Assembly: GCA_907165135.1 (NCBI GenBank)
Contig: OU015566.1
Location: forward strand, 2,046,001 to 2,110,000
Direction of reading: 5' to 3'
Source of the DNA: Oikopleura dioica
Taxonomy: Eukaryota > Animalia > Chordata
DNA length: 64,000 nucleotides
Part shown: one piece after another, positions 60,079-64,000 of the stretch
Layout: each line of letters opens with the position of its first letter
How positions within the stretch are numbered: the first letter of the stretch is position 1
Notes under the pieces: model-generated
The model's database searches: none
Told to the model about the DNA's origin: nothing
What the model saw: only the letters and a program-made list of their open reading frames with translations
Translations under genes and position numbers: made by a program

Positions 60079-60896
60079 AGTCATCCCTTCCTGTTTAGAT
60101 CTAGAGTTTTGCATCCATTAAAAATAAATTTAAAAGAAAAACTCGCCTTCTTCAGTCTCTTTTGTGTCTAATCCTAACCCTAACCTGAGTCAGGGTCATC
60201 CGCAAAATATTTTCCCCGAGCCAAGACCATTTCATTTGATCCAGAATCGACTTTCCATCAGAAACAGTCTTTGATATCAGAGATTATGATGAAGTACTCA
60301 GATTAATTTTGAATGAACAATCCATCATTATTTTTTTTCAAACTAAAAGAGACCAGATCAGTTCCAAAAATGACTTTGACGATTGAATTCATGAAAAGAG
60401 AGATCATTCAGCAGAAAAAAGGAACGTTGATTATTTTTATTATTACTATTGCCATTCTGGTAATATCTTGACTTTTTATACTGAAGTTATGAGCGTTTTT
60501 TGAGGTTCTTGTATTCTCTGAAGAAAGAAGACACGAGTTGTATGAGGATTTGAGAGCACACAATACGAAAGTTCAAAATCAATGGAAAGATCACAGCTTC
60601 TTTAATCTTGATCTTAACCATCGACACCATTAAATTCTGAAGCTGACTGTAAACTGAAATAAAGTCCGTTTGAAATAAAGTCCTTATCACTAAAATAATT
60701 AAGAAAGTTCTCTGACCAAAATTTCGTCAGTCTTCCATCATCGATCAGATTCTTCCAGGCCGCGCGCTCGTGGGAAAAGGTCCTCCGCAATTGTGGGAAA
60801 TTTCAATTTAGCGCGCTCAAAGTGAGGAGTCATCTATTCACAAAAGAAAAATTTCAATTTTGAGGAATAATGAGAAAATAAGTGAATTGTAAGAAA

Positions 60897-63800
60897 ATGA
60901 TGAAGACAGAACCAGAAGCAGCCGAAGAAGGCGATGTGGTCTACAATTTGCTTTCTGCATTTCAGCTTCCGACGCAATTGGGAGTTGATTCTGGAAAGAC
61001 GACTTTTGCGAAGATTTCTAGAGAAAGCAGATTGAACAAGAAACTGTCAGCTCATGATAAGGTGAGAGCAAAATTTTCCAGCGTTTTTTCCTGATCTGCA
61101 GCCAAACATGCCCAAAAAATCTCCTCGAAAAACGAAATTTTCTTTTTATACTTCAATTTCGGCTCGGAAAACGGTGAAAACTCCTGAGTCAGGGCCCTGA
61201 GACCACAGGATAGGTTGCCATAATTTCATTATTTCAGGGTCTTATGGGAACAGCGAATCAAATGTTCGCGCAAAACAAAATCGACGAAGCCGTCTCCCTC
61301 TCTCTCGAAATCATCCGAACCTGCCCAGGCGCTGCAGAGCCGTACCAACTCCTCTCGGAAATTATGCACGAAAAGGGCTTCCAAGAACATGGCTTCAAAA
61401 TGGGTCTTTTCGCGGCACATTTAGATTCCGCAACGCCTGCTGAAAGATGGATCGCTTTAGCGGATGATTCTACTCGAATTCTGGGCCAGAGTGAGGAAGT
61501 CACGAAGCTGAGAATCGCTTGCTATAGAAATGCGTACAACAAGACGCATGATGGCTACATAAAATGGAAGATTGGAGATCTTTACTGCTCTCTAAAGCTT
61601 TGGAGTGCAGCTCTTCAAGGCCGGGCTCTAGAATTTATCGATTTCTCATTTGAGAAGAGAAAGGCTTGAATCTCTTCCCTCCTTTTTTATTCTAGAGCCA
61701 AAATAAAGCGTATAAAATGTCACTGCGTTACTTCCCCGGCGAGCAAGGATCCGAAGCTCTCAACAAAGCAAGACGATTCGCTAGACAAATTTATGCCATC
61801 TGCAGATCTTTGTCAGACGAAGAGTCGAGCTTGCGAATGAAATCTGATGCACTGGCAATGTTGTTGGGCACTATTCAATCGTACGAAGAACAAGTCAGTG
61901 ACGAAGACATAAACTACGCGGCCGATTTATTGCTCGATTTGGAAAGATATCAGGTAAAATTTTTGACTTCGTCTTTTCCAAAGAAAAATTGAAGGAGTGC
62001 AAAGATTTGATGGAAAAATTCTGCGGCTTCGAGGACTTCTGCCCTCCCAACGAGCGCCGATTCGATTTGACCTCAAAAATGGGCCTGTGCATGATTGCAA
62101 TGGACGACGAAGGCGACCGCTGCCAGAGTTATTTGCGATCGTTCATCAACGAAAAAGAAGACATCGAAAAGTACGGCGATTTGTGGTTTCGCGTTGCGGA
62201 AATGTATCTGGCAGCGTTTCACAAATTCGGCGAGGAGAACAATCGAATGCAGTATCTTGAAAACGCGCTTCGATTGACCAACCGTCTTTTGCACACGGAA
62301 GAATGGGCGCATTTGCTTGTTCTTGTCCGCCACGCCGACATTCTTGAAAACCTCGGACATCATTACGAGGCGATCGAAGCTTTGAAACAACTTGCGGACA
62401 TTTCTGAAGAGCACCGAATTCCAGCGAGAGCGAGGATCATGAAACTGGAGGAGCAGATGTCGATGGTTCCGATGATGGCGCACTTAGAGAATGATCAGCC
62501 ACTTGATATTCTGAACTTTTTTAATGATTTGGAAAGCGCGAAGAAGGTCAAGGTCGATTTTGTGTTTGAACAAAGTAAGTTTTCCTGCATTTTGGAGCTT
62601 TGCTGCTTGAGATTTCTAATTGTTAGCTAAAAACCAATTCAAGGTTTAACCATTCTTTCTTCTAGTGAAAAAATGGACGGACTTGGTCGATGAACAAACT
62701 GACAAGTACGAGAAGCGCCGATATTTGCGCTGCGTCGCCGACTTGGGCCTCTTCATCATGACTCACGGCTTCCGCATCTCCTTTGAACCGGATCGAGTGC
62801 ATCTCTACAAATCGAGCGAAATCGCCGTCGGACTTCCGTTCAACCACCCCGGGCGATACATCCTCGTCGACATGAAAAACAACCCCGATCAGATCTTTCC
62901 GCGTCAAAAAGTGGAAAAAATAGAAGCAGAGTTGGAAGATGTCCGCCTTGCGTGGCTTGGCTGGTATCGGCTTTTTCGCGAAGTTCTTGGTGTTCTTCTC
63001 GAAATCGGCAGATTCAAGGAGGCAATTTTACTCGCAGAACAGGCGCTCAAAGTGCGAATAGACACGGCCAGTCGACAAACTGAGCATTCTTATCGACGAG
63101 AAATGCAAAGTATCGTTCTGGCTATCGCGATATCAAGTAAACAGTACGACAGGTGCTACAAGCAGCTTACAGAATGGCTCAGGAAGAGTCTGAAAGGTAA
63201 TCTTTCCCTCTTTTCCCGGATTCTTTGTTGAAGGTTCGAAGCTTCTGTAAAATAACTGTTGAATAGATGATAATCTTGCGATGCAGCATCATTGGAACCT
63301 TTTCAATTTCACGATCAACAACTCAATCGATGTTCGTCATCAAAAGTTCGTTGTTCGTCAGCGATTCAACAGCAAAGCTCCTGATCCGACTCTTTGGACC
63401 ATGCTCGGCCACGTGACTCGGTACAATTAACGAAAAAAATACACCCCCGCCTTCAGTTCTTTATTCTAGCGAGACACGAAGCTACTATCACGCAGCGGAT
63501 GCCTACACCGAAGCGTTAAAACTCAAACCCGACTGTCCCTTTCTTCATCTCAACCTCGCTACCATCTATGCCCACATTGCTTCACAACGATTTACGACGA
63601 ACAGACACACTGCTGCAACGCAGGTCATCGGATTTCTGAGTTCTTACAGTAAATTGAGAGGACTCGACAAGTTTCCACAAGAAATTCATTACAACAGAGC
63701 CAGGTAAGATCTCGTTGACATCTGTCGACCTCCTTAGACAAAGGATAATTATGAATTGTCTCTAGAATTCTTCATCAGCTTGGCATGTACGGCCTAGCCG

Positions 63801-63973
63801 CGATTGAGTACAAAAAAGTCATCAACTCGCCCGTCACGTGTCCAGAAAACGACCAAGAAACTGACAAATTTGACCTGACAAAAGAAGCCGTTTTTAATCT
63901 GTCTCTTATCTACCGCCAATCCGGCAATAAGGATCTCGCCTATTCTATTATCTCAAAGTACTGCCGCTTATAA
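60897..63973 (+). CDS. GTF3C3: General transcription factor IIIC subunit 3 (TPR protein)
   Basis: GLMGTANQMFA..EIIRTCPGAAEPYQLLSEI, RHQKFVVR, PQEIHYNRARILHQLG and DLTKEAVFNLSLIYRQSGN..KYCRL*. Confidence 0.93.
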
Positions 63974-64000
63974 AAGTCTCAACAAGTTCAAGAGTTGTAT

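Overview
AT-rich, compact animal genomic DNA with 35-100 bp introns and GA/GG/GC splice donors. It is most consistent with the larvacean tunicate Oikopleura dioica (inferred, not checked). About 20 protein-coding genes can be assembled by hand. Recognisable genes: an SLC1/EAAT glutamate transporter, TBC1D23, BCKDK and GTF3C3. Others: a GPI-type C-type lectin, a secreted protein with four 183-aa LamG-like repeats (candidate house protein), a 10xFN3+LCCL membrane protein, mucin/PAN-like surface proteins and a C2H2+chromo-like protein. The apparent gene desert at 3.4-18 kb hides a minus-strand ankyrin-repeat gene built from tiny exons. Its introns, and the DNA out to 31 kb, are packed with non-autonomous DNA transposons (TTAA-, TA- and 8-bp-TSD MITEs, some nested). 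Most notable: (i) two introns whose protein register implies a C at donor +1 (or GC..AA ends); (ii) a dispersed REP-like AAGCCGC-loop-GCGGCTT hairpin family occurring in ~30-bp-spaced pairs; (iii) CCAAT-box pairs at exactly 30 bp in unrelated contexts; (iv) two paralogous intronless secreted-peptide genes with a DLIG[YF]NR N-terminus; (v) an hAT-type MITE carrying a near-identical 56-bp hairpin array. All gene models are manual, and no database searches were run.
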